Shown: piece after piece, positions 9,284-19,488 of the stretch | Layout of the letters: each line of letters begins with the position of its first letter | How positions within the stretch are numbered: position 1 is the stretch's first letter | Assembly (NCBI GenBank): GCA_903873995.1 | Contig: CAIQQQ010000344.1 | Coordinates: 22,826 to 86,825 of the forward strand | DNA from: an uncultured Rhodospirillales bacterium | GTDB taxonomy: Bacteria > Pseudomonadota > Alphaproteobacteria > Acetobacterales > Acetobacteraceae | Direction of reading: 5' to 3' | Length of the DNA: 64,000 bases | Program-made: the position numbers and the translations under genes | The notes under the pieces: generated by a model | Seen by the model: only the letters and a program-made list of their open reading frames with translations | What the model was told of the DNA's origin: nothing | Databases searched by the model: none

Positions 9284-9444
9284 TTAAAAAATCCCTGTTT
9301 TTGTGTCGCAGTATTAAAAATAATACGGGCTGCGACCAACCGTATACTCTCGATGTCTCAATGCACGCAAATGATGAAAAAAGGATGGATCCGACGTGCG
9401 TCATTTGGTAGGGTTCAACTCGAAGTAGCGGATCGGAGGGCCCA
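9284..9444. promoter_or_regulatory. AT-rich divergent fliI/ctrA promoter region containing inverted repeat GTATTA-AAAA-TAATAC (9311-9326)
   Basis: 161-bp intergenic region, visibly AT-rich compared with its flanks. The 6-bp inverted repeat was read directly. No transcription-factor site was recognised with confidence. Confidence 0.3.
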
Positions 9445-10179
9445 ATGCGCGTATTACTCGTTGAGGACGACCTGACTGCAGCACGGGGAATCTCCCTGAT
9501 GCTGAAATCCGGCGGCGCTGTCGTCGACGAAGCGGACACGGGTGAAGAGGCCCTAGAACTCGCCAGGCACTACGATTACGATATCGTCGTGCTCGACCTA
9601 ATGCTCCCGGATATGGAGGGCTACGACGTTGTCCGCCGGATGCGGGCTGCACGCATTGAGGTCCCGGTCCTCATATTGTCCGGTCTGTCCCGTCCGCAGG
9701 CGAAGGTCAAAGGCCTTGGTGCCGGGGCGGACGATTTCATCACGAAGCCTTTCGACAAGGCAGAACTTCTTGCGCGAATGCAGGCGATCGTCCGGCGGAG
9801 TAAAGGCTTCAGCCAACCGAGTTTGCGCGTGGGTAATCTGCGCCTCAATCTTGATAGCCGGGAGGTTTACGCCAGCGACAAACCGGTTCATCTGACCGGC
9901 AAGGAATACGCGATCCTCGAGTTGCTGGTGCTTAGGAAGGGCATGGTTCTCACCAAAGAGGCCTTCTTGAACCATCTCTACGGCGGCATGGATGAGCCGG
10001 AGATGAAGATCATCGATGTCTTCATCTGTAAATTGCGGAAAAAACTGCAAAACGCTGGTGTTGAGAATTTGATCGGGACGGTTTGGGGACGAGGGTATAT
10101 GCTTCGGGAACCGAATACACCGATCGAACATGCAGACGCACCTGTTCCTGGTGTGGCCCGAGCCTTAACGGCGGCTTAG
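9445..10179 (+). CDS. ctrA: Cell-cycle response regulator CtrA (OmpR family)
   Basis: 244 aa. 'MRVLLVEDD...YDIVVLDLMLPDMEGYDV' receiver domain, followed by 'GKEYAILELL...KIIDVFICKLRKKL' winged helix characteristic of CtrA. Confidence 0.9.
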   Translation: MRVLLVEDDLTAARGISLMLKSGGAVVDEADTGEEALELARHYDYDIVVLDLMLPDMEGYDVVRRMRAARIEVPVLILSGLSRPQAKVKGLGAGADDFITKPFDKAELLARMQAIVRRSKGFSQPSLRVGNLRLNLDSREVYASDKPVHLTGKEYAILELLVLRKGMVLTKEAFLNHLYGGMDEPEMKIIDVFICKLRKKLQNAGVENLIGTVWGRGYMLREPNTPIEHADAPVPGVARALTAA

Positions 10180-10215
10180 TCCCCCCCGGCGGCATTGTCA
10201 TTCAAGCTGGTTGTA

Positions 10216-11016
10216 TCAGGCCGTGAACTGCTCGGTGATGATGCGCTCGGACAAGCCTCGGTCGGGGTTGAAGAGGATGCGAGCGTGAACCGTTCGGTCC
10301 TCACAGATCGCGACCGACACGACGTCTCTAACCTCCTTGAAGTCGGCAACCGCGGCGACTGGTCGTTTTTCGTGCTCCAATGCCTCAAACAGCACATCAG
10401 CACTGCTTGGCAGCAGAGCCCCTCGCCAACGGCGGGGCCGGAAAGCGCTGATTGGCGTCAAGGGTAGAAGATTGGCGGAGAGCGGGACGATCGGCCCGTG
10501 CGCGCTCAGGTTGTAGGCGGTTGAGCCAGCGGGCGTTGAGACCAGGACGCCGTCGCAGATCAATTCCTCCAATCTTACCCGCCCGTCCACTGAAATGCGG
10601 ATCTTGGCCGCCTGTCGAAGCTCCCGAAGGAGCGACACCTCGTTAAACGCCAATGCCTCCTCGACACGTCCGGTACTCGTGACGGCACTCATACGCAACG
10701 GGTTCAAGATCGCCGGCTGCGCGGCGGCGAGTCGCGTAATTAGGTTCTCCTCATTGTACTCATTCATCAGGAACCCAACGGAACCACAATTCATTCCGTA
10801 GACAGGAATGTTGCGTCCAAGAAGGCGATGCAATGTCTCAAGCATGAAACCATCGCCGCCGAGCGCCACAATCACTTCAGCATCTCCGAGCGGACATTCG
10901 CCGTGCAAACCTACGAGCCGATTGCGGCTCTCCTGCGCTAAGGGTGTCGGCGAAGCCTCAAAGGCAATTAGGGGCGATCTGATCAAAAGCCGTCTCCGTC
11001 TCTGTGGCGAGGCCAT
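10216..11016 (-). CDS. nadK: NAD(+) kinase
   Basis: 266 aa. '[10 protein letters not shown]' plus the '[17 protein letters not shown]' NAD-kinase signature. Confidence 0.85.
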   Translation of the reverse strand: MASPQRRRRLLIRSPLIAFEASPTPLAQESRNRLVGLHGECPLGDAEVIVALGGDGFMLETLHRLLGRNIPVYGMNCGSVGFLMNEYNEENLITRLAAAQPAILNPLRMSAVTSTGRVEEALAFNEVSLLRELRQAAKIRISVDGRVRLEELICDGVLVSTPAGSTAYNLSAHGPIVPLSANLLPLTPISAFRPRRWRGALLPSSADVLFEALEHEKRPVAAVADFKEVRDVVSVAICEDRTVHARILFNPDRGLSERIITEQFTA

Positions 11017-11060
11017 CCGACACGGCCCGGGGACCGCTCATTGCGACTGAACCACGGCTC

Positions 11061-11142
11061 TGCCCGCCGCCGGACTCGAACCGGCACGCCCAAAGGACTG
11101 CGGATTTTAAGTCCGCTGCGTCTACCATTCCGCCAGGCGGGC
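11061..11142 (-). tRNA. tRNA-Leu (anticodon UAA), class II, CCA not encoded
   Basis: Hand-folded. Acceptor GCCCGCC/GGCGGGC, D-arm GCG..CGC, anticodon stem GCGGA/TCCGC with loop CUUAAAA, long variable arm, and T-arm GCCGG-TTCGAGT-CCGGC. Confidence 0.85.
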
Positions 11143-11167
11143 CTGCGTTGGAAACTAGACCGCACGC

Positions 11168-12079
11168 TTACGCCGATTGAACGCTCCGCGCGATATCCAG
11201 CGCACGGCGGAGCAAGGTTTCATTTGCTTCCGGCGTGCGGAACGCGCTGTGGGCGGAAAGTGTGACGTTGTCCAGACCCTGCAGCGGATGCGGGTGGGGC
11301 AGCGGCTCCTCATCGAACACATCAAGCGCCGCATGACCGATTCGGCCTGATTTCAACGCTACGAGCAACGCGCCTTCATCCAGAATTGCGCCTCGGGCCG
11401 TGTTCACAAGGATGGCGCCGGAGCGCAACAGCGCGAAATGCTCAGTCGATAGAAAGCCACGGGTCTCATCGTTGAGTAAAAGATGGACGCTGACCACGTC
11501 GCTTTGTGCCAAGACGAGTTCAAGGGGCAGAAACTCTACTCCCGGTGCCACCTTCGGTGTACGGTTCCACGCGATCACGCGCATTCCGGACCCCGACGCA
11601 ATCCGGGCCACCTCAGCAGCGATGCCGCCGTATCCGATGAGGCCAATGGTCTTACCCGTGAGCTGGACGCCCTCGCTGCGAATCCAGGCGCCATGGCGCA
11701 TGCTCCTGTCCATGATGGCAAGCCCGCGGGCGGCGGCCCACATGAGCGCGATGGTGTGCTCGGCAACCGCGATGTCGCCATATCCTTTGATGATATGAAC
11801 TGATATCCCAATTTCTTGGAGCTCCTCGGGATTCATGTAACTTCGTGCACCCGTGCCCAGGAAGATCACATGCTTCAGCTGCGGACAGAGCGCCAAAGCC
11901 GAGGTCGGCAGATAGGAATGATCGTCCAGCATGAAGTCGTACCCTGCCAGCATCCTCGGCAAATCAGTGGCGGAGACCAAATCCTGCTCGTTCACATCAA
12001 CCTGCGGGTCCTCGGCGGTCTTGACCTGATGAAAGACAGTCGTCAGGACAGGATTGGCATCAAGAAACAGACCCTTCAT
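11168..12079 (-). CDS. D-isomer-specific 2-hydroxyacid dehydrogenase family protein
   Basis: NAD-binding 'GLIGYGGIA' and the catalytic region 'NTARG...LDV...EP'. The start is placed at the internal ATG (MKGLFLD), because the 110-aa N-terminal extension of the 413-aa ORF looks non-coding. Confidence 0.8.
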   Translation of the reverse strand: MKGLFLDANPVLTTVFHQVKTAEDPQVDVNEQDLVSATDLPRMLAGYDFMLDDHSYLPTSALALCPQLKHVIFLGTGARSYMNPEELQEIGISVHIIKGYGDIAVAEHTIALMWAAARGLAIMDRSMRHGAWIRSEGVQLTGKTIGLIGYGGIAAEVARIASGSGMRVIAWNRTPKVAPGVEFLPLELVLAQSDVVSVHLLLNDETRGFLSTEHFALLRSGAILVNTARGAILDEGALLVALKSGRIGHAALDVFDEEPLPHPHPLQGLDNVTLSAHSAFRTPEANETLLRRALDIARSVQSA

Positions 12080-12160
12080 GCAACCGCCCTCTTGCTGCCA
12101 TCGGTTGGTCCTAGATGCCGCGATCGGGCTCCCAAAGACATCCGTCATTTGACGTGACGC

Positions 12161-12982
12161 TTGCACGGCCCGCAAGGTCTCACCATGCGAACTGCGCTGA
12201 TCCTTGTTTTTGCTCTCGCCTGGTGTGCATCTGCCCGCGCTCAGAAGCCTCCTGCTCTCGCTCCAGGTGAGACAACCGACAGCAAACCGCCGATCCTGAG
12301 AAGCCCAACATTGCCGGCATTGGGGAACCCAGCGGCCCCCGAGGGTCGGGCTGCGGCAAGCGGCACCGGGTTCATGATTGGCGAGGGGCGCCTCCTGACC
12401 AACAATCATGTTGTGGAAGGATGCAGCCGCCTGGCGGCCCGCAACGCATTAGGCAGACGGGTCGTCGGACAGGTTGTTGCAACGGATCCCAGAAGGGACC
12501 TCGCTTTGGTCGCGGTTCCGGTTGGCTTCGGCCCGACTTTGGTTTTTCGTGACAGCCCACCGGTGCGGCGCGGAGATACCGTGGTCACATACGGTTTCCC
12601 CCTGTCCGGCGTGCTGTCCTCGGGACCGACGTTGACGACAGGAGACGTCAGCGCGCTGGCTGGGTTGCGTGACAACCCGCTGCATTTCCAGATTTCCGCG
12701 CCTGTACAGCCCGGCAATTCCGGGGGGCCGCTGCTGGATGCACAAGGTCACGTCGTGGGCGTGATTGTGTCGAAACTCAACGCGGCCCGCATCGCGCAGA
12801 TGACGGGTGGCGATATTCCCCAGAATGTGAATTTCGCAATCAAGGGGCCTGAGGTCGCCAGCTTTCTCTCCGCCTACAATAATCCCGCCCTCCATCAACC
12901 AAGTACAGGTATCGATCTGAAGCCAGCCGAGATCGGTGAGATTGCTAATCCGTCTGTGATGCTCTTGCAGTGCTACCGCTAA
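12161..12982 (+). CDS. Secreted trypsin-like (S1) serine peptidase
   Basis: Signal-like 'MRTALILVFALAWCASARA'. Catalytic context 'TNNHVV', 'DLALV' and 'GNSGGPL'. Confidence 0.75.
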   Translation: MHGPQGLTMRTALILVFALAWCASARAQKPPALAPGETTDSKPPILRSPTLPALGNPAAPEGRAAASGTGFMIGEGRLLTNNHVVEGCSRLAARNALGRRVVGQVVATDPRRDLALVAVPVGFGPTLVFRDSPPVRRGDTVVTYGFPLSGVLSSGPTLTTGDVSALAGLRDNPLHFQISAPVQPGNSGGPLLDAQGHVVGVIVSKLNAARIAQMTGGDIPQNVNFAIKGPEVASFLSAYNNPALHQPSTGIDLKPAEIGEIANPSVMLLQCYR

Positions 12983-13004
12983 CATTGCCGTGCCGACCGT
13001 TCAC

Positions 13005-13712
13005 TCACGCGCGTGCACTCCGCGCCAGCAGGATCAGCTCGCGCCGCACATCCTCGGGTTTTGAGACCGGCGCCGTCCAGGTGACCCGCCTGACTGCCTC
13101 GCCCAACATCAGATCGCACCCATCAACGTCGCACGTCACCATCCGCCAGGCGCCTGGCTCGCCGGCCAGAAGGGACAACGTGTCCGGGTGATCCTCATTA
13201 CAATGCGTGCAGATCTCGCTTTCAGCGGACAAAAGGGCCGTGACGGCGTCTGGATCCGGCGTCAGATCTGCCTGGCGTAGCCGAGCCGCTCGCGCAAAAC
13301 CCCCGACAAACATCGCGCCGAGTGGCTTCACGCGCCATAGAGCGAAGTCGCCGAAGTCGGCATAGAGCGCACCGTATGGGTGAATGGCCAGCCAGCGAGC
13401 TTTCAACGCTGGATCGGCATCGATCTCAGCAACCCCGGTGATCGACACCCGCGGCGTAGTTTGCGGGTTGGCGCCTTCCGGAACGCCCAAAACCATCACC
13501 GAACACCGCGGATTACGCCGGAGTTGGCGCGTGTGGGCCGATAGGTCGGATAACAGCAGGAGCAATGACAGATCCGGAGCACAGGCTGGAGTCGCCAGTG
13601 AGACGAGCGGCTGCCCCTCCTCTGCGGTTGCCAGATAGCCGGTGCGTGCCGCCCGCAAAAGCATCCTGGTCTGCCATGCTGGGGTCGGTCCATCATCCGG
13701 TGCGACTGCCAT
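13005..13712 (-). CDS. Pyridoxamine-5'-phosphate-oxidase-like / HugZ-type (DUF2470-containing) protein
   Basis: FMN-binding split-barrel-like N-terminal half, then a C-terminal 'CNEDHPDTL' region typical of DUF2470. The start is placed at MAVAPDD and is uncertain. Confidence 0.55.
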   Translation of the reverse strand: MAVAPDDGPTPAWQTRMLLRAARTGYLATAEEGQPLVSLATPACAPDLSLLLLLSDLSAHTRQLRRNPRCSVMVLGVPEGANPQTTPRVSITGVAEIDADPALKARWLAIHPYGALYADFGDFALWRVKPLGAMFVGGFARAARLRQADLTPDPDAVTALLSAESEICTHCNEDHPDTLSLLAGEPGAWRMVTCDVDGCDLMLGEAVRRVTWTAPVSKPEDVRRELILLARSARA

Positions 13713-13794
13713 CTTTCGTTCACCCTTCTTCCTCATTGCGCCACAATCACATGCCACAACTCCTCATGGAGAGACCCAACCAAGGAAGCGCGGC

Positions 13795-14496
13795 ATGAAG
13801 CAGACCATCGCCCTCGTGGATGACGACCGCAACATCCTCACCAGCGTCTCCATGACACTGGAGCAGGAAGGCTTCACCGTCCGCACCTATACTGATGGCG
13901 AGAGTGCCCTTCAGGGTATCATCGCACGCCCCGTCGATCTGGCCGTGCTGGACATTAAAATGCCACGTATGGACGGGATGGAACTACTGCAGCGCTTGCG
14001 TGCCCGGACACAGTTGCCGGTGATCTTCCTGACCTCGAAGGATGAGGAAGTGGACGAGCTGATGGGCCTGCGCCTCGGCGCCGACGACTACATCACCAAG
14101 CCGTTCAGCCAGCGCCTCCTGATCGAGCGCATTAGAGCCCTGCTCCGGCGCAATGAGACAAGCCGCGCGGAGGGATCGGGCGCGGCACCCGGTGGCATCA
14201 TGACCCGTGGTGAGCTGACGCTCGACGAGACCAAGCACCAGTGCCAGTGGCGCGGGAAGGACATCGCGCTCACCGTCACAGAGTTTCTGCTGGTCAAGGC
14301 GCTGGCAGCCCGCCCAGGCATGGTGAAGTCCCGAGATCAGCTTATCGATACCGCTTACGGCGAGAATATTTATGTCGACGACCGGACAATTGACAGCCAT
14401 ATCAAACGTGTTCGTAAGAAATTCCGATCTGCTGACGACGACTTCAACCACATCGAAACGCTCTACGGTATCGGCTATCGTTATAAGGAAGCCTAA
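13795..14496 (+). CDS. chvI: Two-component response regulator ChvI (OmpR family)
   Basis: '[27 protein letters not shown]...[14 protein letters not shown]' plus a winged helix. Paired with a downstream ChvG-like kinase. Confidence 0.85.
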   Translation: MKQTIALVDDDRNILTSVSMTLEQEGFTVRTYTDGESALQGIIARPVDLAVLDIKMPRMDGMELLQRLRARTQLPVIFLTSKDEEVDELMGLRLGADDYITKPFSQRLLIERIRALLRRNETSRAEGSGAAPGGIMTRGELTLDETKHQCQWRGKDIALTVTEFLLVKALAARPGMVKSRDQLIDTAYGENIYVDDRTIDSHIKRVRKKFRSADDDFNHIETLYGIGYRYKEA

Positions 14497-14532
14497 CCGG
14501 AGGGGCCAATATGGCGAAACCTGTGCCACATC

Positions 14533-16209
14533 ATGCCAGATAGCGGGGTAACGGTTCAGCTGACGGCCGAAGTCGCCGGGCATCGTGTCCGGCTCGTGTC
14601 TCCGTTGCTGCGGCGCATCCTTTTGGTGAACCTATTACCGCTTGCCGTTTTGTTGGCGGCCTTGCTCTACCTGGACCAATATCAGGATGGTCTGATCGAG
14701 GCTGAGATCAGCACGCTTCGCGAACAGGCGCGGATCTTTGCCAACGCTCTGGGCGAGGCGGCCGTTCGCGAAGATGAGCCGGAGAACCCACATCTTGTGC
14801 CGGAGTTAGCGCGGCCTTTGCTGCGCAGACTGACAGAGCCCACACCCAACGCCCAAGCCCGTCTTTATGCGCCGGACGGCATCCTGTTGGCGGACAGCCG
14901 TGTCCGCGAGGGCGCGGGCGGTGCCGTGGTCACCGAACCGCTGCCACCGGCGATCGACCGTGGACGCATCCTTGGTCTCGTCGGGCGGGTCTACGATGAT
15001 CTCCTGAGCCTTTTGCCACATGGCGCTCGTGGTCCGCTGCTCGCCGGGCTGCGCTCGGAAGGCAGCAAGGTGGAGGGCAGCGATTGGGCCCCAAACGTTG
15101 CCGAGGAGTTGAAACAGCTAGCCAACACAACGGGCCGAAGCATCGCCCCATACGTGCGCCGGACGGATGACAACCGTTTGCTGGTGACTGTGGCGGAGCC
15201 GGTTTCGCGCAACCGCCGAATCGTAGGCGCAGTCGTGTTGATCCGCGAGGCCCGTGAGGTGGATGACAGCGTGCTTGCAGTCAGACTGTCGATCCTGGCG
15301 CTGTTCTCCATTGCGCTGGGTCTCACGGTGATGTTGTCTTGGTATCTGTCATTGACAATCGCCCGCCCCATCCTGCGCCTTGCTGGGGCCGCTGAACGCA
15401 TGCGCGAAGGGCGCGGACGGTCCGGCGCGGTTCCTGACGGTCTGCTCGGGCGCAGCGATGAAGTTGGCGAACTGGCGCGATCGCTATCAGAATCGGCTCG
15501 GGCACTGTGGACCCGCATGGACGCGATCGAGCGCTTCGCAGCTGATGTGGCGCACGAGATCAAGAACCCGCTGAGCTCGATTAGAAGCGCCATCGAGACA
15601 CTGCGCCGGATCGAGGACCCAGCGAAGCAACGTCGCCTCACCGCGATCATCGCCGAAGACGTGGCCCGGCTCGATCGGCTGATCAGCGATATCTCCGACG
15701 CGTCGCGAATCGATGCGGAGCTCTCGCGGATTGCAACTGAACCGGTAGACGTAGCGCCCATTCTTGCGGCCCTCGTGGAGATCGATGAGGCCACTCGCGA
15801 GGACGATGATCCACGCTTGATTTTAGATCTTGGCGAAGGCCGACTGGTGGTTCAGGCGGTGGAAGATCGGTTGGTGCAAGTGCTGCGCAACCTTATCGGC
15901 AACGCCCAAAGCTTTTCGCCGCGAGACGGACGGATCACATTGCGCGCCTCGCTGCTCGGACCGGTTATTGAGATTGAGATCGAAGACGAGGGTCCGGGCA
16001 TTCCGGAGGCGAAGCTTGAGAACATCTTTGAACGCTTTTACTCCGAGCGTCCCCAGGGCGAGGGCTTCGGGCAGCATTCGGGGCTTGGGCTTTCCATCAG
16101 CCGTCAGATCATCGAAGCACTCAAGGGCCGTGTCACAGCCGAGAACCGCAGATCCGAGAGTGGTCAGGTGATAGGCGCCCGCTTCGTCGTCAGGCTCCCC
16201 AGGGGTTGA
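14533..16209 (+). CDS. chvG: Sensor histidine kinase ChvG/ExoS-like
   Basis: 558 aa. Two transmembrane segments flank a periplasmic domain. H-box 'FAADVAHEIKNPL' and an ATPase domain with 'GLGLSISRQI'. Confidence 0.8.
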   Translation: MPDSGVTVQLTAEVAGHRVRLVSPLLRRILLVNLLPLAVLLAALLYLDQYQDGLIEAEISTLREQARIFANALGEAAVREDEPENPHLVPELARPLLRRLTEPTPNAQARLYAPDGILLADSRVREGAGGAVVTEPLPPAIDRGRILGLVGRVYDDLLSLLPHGARGPLLAGLRSEGSKVEGSDWAPNVAEELKQLANTTGRSIAPYVRRTDDNRLLVTVAEPVSRNRRIVGAVVLIREAREVDDSVLAVRLSILALFSIALGLTVMLSWYLSLTIARPILRLAGAAERMREGRGRSGAVPDGLLGRSDEVGELARSLSESARALWTRMDAIERFAADVAHEIKNPLSSIRSAIETLRRIEDPAKQRRLTAIIAEDVARLDRLISDISDASRIDAELSRIATEPVDVAPILAALVEIDEATREDDDPRLILDLGEGRLVVQAVEDRLVQVLRNLIGNAQSFSPRDGRITLRASLLGPVIEIEIEDEGPGIPEAKLENIFERFYSERPQGEGFGQHSGLGLSISRQIIEALKGRVTAENRRSESGQVIGARFVVRLPRG

Positions 16210-16221
16210 TCCGAACCGCCC

Positions 16222-17496
16222 TCAGCTTGCCGCCAGCAGTCGGGGGCGTTGGGCGGATCCCCACACCATCCGACCCGCGACATGACAATTCAGGCACGCG
16301 GCCGACCAGCCAGGCTGAACAACCCCACAAGCTTCGCATAGCCAGACCGGATCGGGGCCTGCAAGCGCACTGTGACGATCGATGTCTGCCTGCGCTGCCG
16401 CATTGTGATCTGTGTCCCCCAATTCGGCCTTCGTGATTTTAGATAGCAGTCTCCAAAGGCGCTTTTGGTCCAATCCAAGCGCCAAAGCGTCATCGGCGTA
16501 TTTGTGAGCTTCCAGCAACAATCCGGCCTCGAAGGTCAAACACGCCATCAGGAACTGGCTCTCCATATTCCGCAGATTGGCCTGTGCAAGCTGCACACCC
16601 TCCCGGACTCGGACGCGCGGTTCGGTAAAGGGCTTTAGATAGAGAGTGGCGATGTCGGGATGCGGCGCCCGGGACCAAGCTTCTCTAAGGGTCTCCTGGG
16701 CGCGGTTGTCACGCCCGGCGGCGCGCAGCCTTACGGCATATGCGATTGCGGCGGGCGCAAAGCCAGGATTCTCGACATAGACCCGCTTGGCGAGCCGTAG
16801 GGCCCGGGCACTATCCGGTTCAGCCTCAGCAGCGGCCACAACGAGAGCATTTCGCGGGGTTTCTGGTCCGGCCAAGGCGAGCGCCTGCGTCCAGTTCCCA
16901 AGCCGAACGGCGAGTTGCGCGCGCTCCTCGCGCAGCCACAATCCACCCGGCCGCAAGGCCTCGGCATCGGTGGCGAGCCGCTGTGCCTCTGACCAGTCCT
17001 CGCGCGCGATCGCCTGGCGGAACAGACCACGTAGACCCAGGAACCGCCCATCCTCGCGCTGGCACAGGCGCTCATAAAGTGCAGCTGCCTCTGTTTCGTT
17101 CCCGACCAGGCGGGCCGCCTCCGCGCAATGCAGCAATGTTTGTGCAGTCTCGCCCAGAAATCGGCGAGCTCGCGCGGCTTCGATGCGGGACGCCTGAGCA
17201 TCGTTGGCAGCCAGCGCCACGAGTGTTCTCGTAACCGCGGCATCACCGGCGATCCGGCGACGACGGGCGCGCCAACGGCCGAAATTTAGCGGGATATTGA
17301 CGATCCAGATCAACAGCCGGACCGTGAGGTAGATCGCCAAAACCAACAGCGCCAGACCCACAACAGCGACAGGCGTAGAGGTGTGGATTGTCACGCCGGC
17401 GATAGTCGCCTCAATCGACCCGGATAGCCCCGAGACCCACCACGCAAGGGCAACGGCGAGGGTGGCGGCGATGATCGCCGAGAGTATTGCGCGCAT
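16222..17496 (-). CDS. hemY: HemY-like membrane/TPR protein
   Basis: N-terminal transmembrane helices ('MRAILSAIIAATLAVALAWWV') and a helical-repeat body. Located downstream of hemD and mic60. ATGA overlap with the upstream stop at 17494-17498. Confidence 0.7.
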   Translation of the reverse strand: MRAILSAIIAATLAVALAWWVSGLSGSIEATIAGVTIHTSTPVAVVGLALLVLAIYLTVRLLIWIVNIPLNFGRWRARRRRIAGDAAVTRTLVALAANDAQASRIEAARARRFLGETAQTLLHCAEAARLVGNETEAAALYERLCQREDGRFLGLRGLFRQAIAREDWSEAQRLATDAEALRPGGLWLREERAQLAVRLGNWTQALALAGPETPRNALVVAAAEAEPDSARALRLAKRVYVENPGFAPAAIAYAVRLRAAGRDNRAQETLREAWSRAPHPDIATLYLKPFTEPRVRVREGVQLAQANLRNMESQFLMACLTFEAGLLLEAHKYADDALALGLDQKRLWRLLSKITKAELGDTDHNAAAQADIDRHSALAGPDPVWLCEACGVVQPGWSAACLNCHVAGRMVWGSAQRPRLLAAS

Positions 17497-18725
17497 CAGG
17501 ACTTGGCCATTTCGGTCAGAGCGGCCCGCGCATCGAGCAGGGCCTGCGCATCCGCGCGCCAACCCGCGATGGCGGCGGCGGCAGGTCCGTCAAGAGGCTT
17601 CAGCGCGGCCAATCCGCCTGCAAGGTCACCAGCGTCTAGTTTCGCGCGGGCACCGGCCAGTGTGACAGCGGCCGGTGCGCCGACCAAAACGTGATCCCCC
17701 TGTCGAACTGTCACCAGAGTCTGGGCTCGCGACCACATCCGTTCGGCAAAATCCTGTCCTGCCCCGCTCGGGCGGCTCGCGGCTTCGGCGGCTTCGGCGG
17801 CTGCGGGGAAGCGAAGACGCAGACCAGACTCGGTGGGCGGCGCGACGTCGGCAAACTTCGCCAGTGCAGGCGGCGCGCCGGGGATCATGCCAAGTTTCTT
17901 GCCACTCTCAAGCGCCTGGAACACGGCGCGCAGCCTAGCCGCAGTTGTGACCTTGGATGCCGCCTTGGCGAGTTCCTGTGTGAACTTGGCATCCAATGCG
18001 TCGATCCGAGCAGCGAGCGCCGCACTGGCGGCTGACACCGGGCCGGCAATATCCGGAGCAGGTTTTTTCTCAATGGCTTCGATTCGTCCGGAAAGCGGCG
18101 CCAGCAAAGGGGCGGCAACAGCGGCCACGTCAATCGGCGCAGGAGTAGGCCGCTGTTCGAGCAGCGTGATCCGCCGGTCGAGGCCCGATGCGTCGAACTG
18201 CGGAGCCTGCTGACGCTGCGCCGCAGTTTGCATGGCAGCCTCGAGCGCGGTGATGCGTGCAGCGAGGGGTCTCAAATCCAACGTCTGCCGTTGCTCGAGC
18301 AACGTCAGTCGCTGCTGGACGGCATGAAGATCATTGTTGGGCTGAGTCGCCGAGGTTATCTCGTTGCCGGTCGATTGCCATACAGCATAAAGCCCGCCGG
18401 CGAGCAGAACGAAGAGCGCCCCCGTCAGCCAAAGCGGCGTTCCCGTGCCACCGCGCGGTGCGGCGGGTGCCATCGTGTGACCGAGAGGCGCTGACTGCGG
18501 CTCTGCGACAACTGGCCCAATTGCCTCCATTTCGACCGGCTCGACGATGTGCTCCGCCCCAGTCGCAGCCTCAGGCGATTTATCGACGACAGCCGGGTGC
18601 TCAGGTGCAGCATCGTCTGGCGAGACGGGCTGATCGGCGAGGTGAACCGGGTCAGGATGATCCGGCACAGACGTCGCAGGCAGGGTCGCGGCATGAGCCG
18701 GCGTTTCTTTGGGATGGTCGGTCAT
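17496..18725 (-). CDS. Alphaproteobacterial Mic60 (mitofilin-domain) homologue
   Basis: Pro/Ala-rich N-terminus and one transmembrane helix ('LWLTGALFVLLAGGLYAVW'). Coiled-coil middle and a C-terminal 'DLAGGLAALKPLDG...WRADAQALL' mitofilin-like segment. Sits between hemD and hemY. ATGA overlap with the hemD stop. Confidence 0.65.
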   Translation of the reverse strand: MTDHPKETPAHAATLPATSVPDHPDPVHLADQPVSPDDAAPEHPAVVDKSPEAATGAEHIVEPVEMEAIGPVVAEPQSAPLGHTMAPAAPRGGTGTPLWLTGALFVLLAGGLYAVWQSTGNEITSATQPNNDLHAVQQRLTLLEQRQTLDLRPLAARITALEAAMQTAAQRQQAPQFDASGLDRRITLLEQRPTPAPIDVAAVAAPLLAPLSGRIEAIEKKPAPDIAGPVSAASAALAARIDALDAKFTQELAKAASKVTTAARLRAVFQALESGKKLGMIPGAPPALAKFADVAPPTESGLRLRFPAAAEAAEAASRPSGAGQDFAERMWSRAQTLVTVRQGDHVLVGAPAAVTLAGARAKLDAGDLAGGLAALKPLDGPAAAAIAGWRADAQALLDARAALTEMAKS

Positions 18726-19471
18726 GGCAATAGGGCCACCAATTCTTCTTGATTGGGGTGAGACGCAACACGGAGGCGGCGCCAAGGCAGGTGTGACAGC
18801 GCCAGCGCAGCCGGATTTGAGATCACCAAGGCGTCGACACAAGACAACAAGGTCGGTTCAATTGGAAGAGCGGTCGCGAACGCCCGTGCCGTCTCGGCCG
18901 AGAAGAACAACGCCGCACGGACATGTCCCGTGGCCAGCGCATGGGCAGCTTCCGGTGGGAGGCGGGATTTTGGTAGGGCGCTGTAGGCGACACGTCGGAG
19001 AACGCGAAATCCCCGCTGGCGCATTTCCTTTGCAAGGGACAGACCCTGCCCTGCGCCACTTGCCAGGAGCAGCACTCCCGCCGCCGGTGACAAATTTTGT
19101 GCCACCAGAACCGCCAGTGCGTCTGCATCGCGCCGGGCACTGACGACATTGGAAAATCCAGCGCGGGCGGCCCGCTCGGCGGTCGCATCACCAACGGCGA
19201 AGATGGGTGTGGCGAGATTCAGCCCGTCCAACGCCTTGACCGCATTTGCGCTTGTGATGAGCACCGCCTGCATCGATGTTGGGGGACTAATCCGGTATCC
19301 GGTTACCGAGAGCATCGGCGCCAGGATCGGCTCAAAACCGAGTGCCGCGACACGGCCGGCTGTTTCGGTGGCACCTGGCTCAGGCCGGGTGATCAGAATA
19401 CCGCGTGGCCGGTCCACACTTGAAGCGCGGACGGACGGCTGCGGTGCAAGCGGCGTCTGTGCCTGGGGCAT
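18722..19471 (-). CDS. hemD: Uroporphyrinogen-III synthase
   Basis: 249 aa. 'ILITRPEPGA...LGFEPILAPML' HemD-like pattern plus hem-gene context. Confidence 0.7.
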   Translation of the reverse strand: MPQAQTPLAPQPSVRASSVDRPRGILITRPEPGATETAGRVAALGFEPILAPMLSVTGYRISPPTSMQAVLITSANAVKALDGLNLATPIFAVGDATAERAARAGFSNVVSARRDADALAVLVAQNLSPAAGVLLLASGAGQGLSLAKEMRQRGFRVLRRVAYSALPKSRLPPEAAHALATGHVRAALFFSAETARAFATALPIEPTLLSCVDALVISNPAALALSHLPWRRLRVASHPNQEELVALLP

Positions 19472-19488
19472 GAGACTGTCGTATTACC

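Noticed and set aside
11017-11167. tRNA-Leu as an integration hotspot (genomic island boundary)
   Set aside because: There is no integrase, no direct repeat of the tRNA 3' end and no GC shift on either side. Both flanking genes are ordinary metabolic genes.
12080-12409. 110-aa N-terminal extension of the 2-hydroxyacid dehydrogenase ORF
   Set aside because: It would overlap the divergent protease gene start and shows no family similarity. The dehydrogenase fold starts at MKGLFLD.
16731-17246. Multiple 79-171-aa ORFs in several frames inside hemY
   Set aside because: They are Arg/Pro/Ala-rich translations of alternative frames of a GC-rich gene, and none has independent support.
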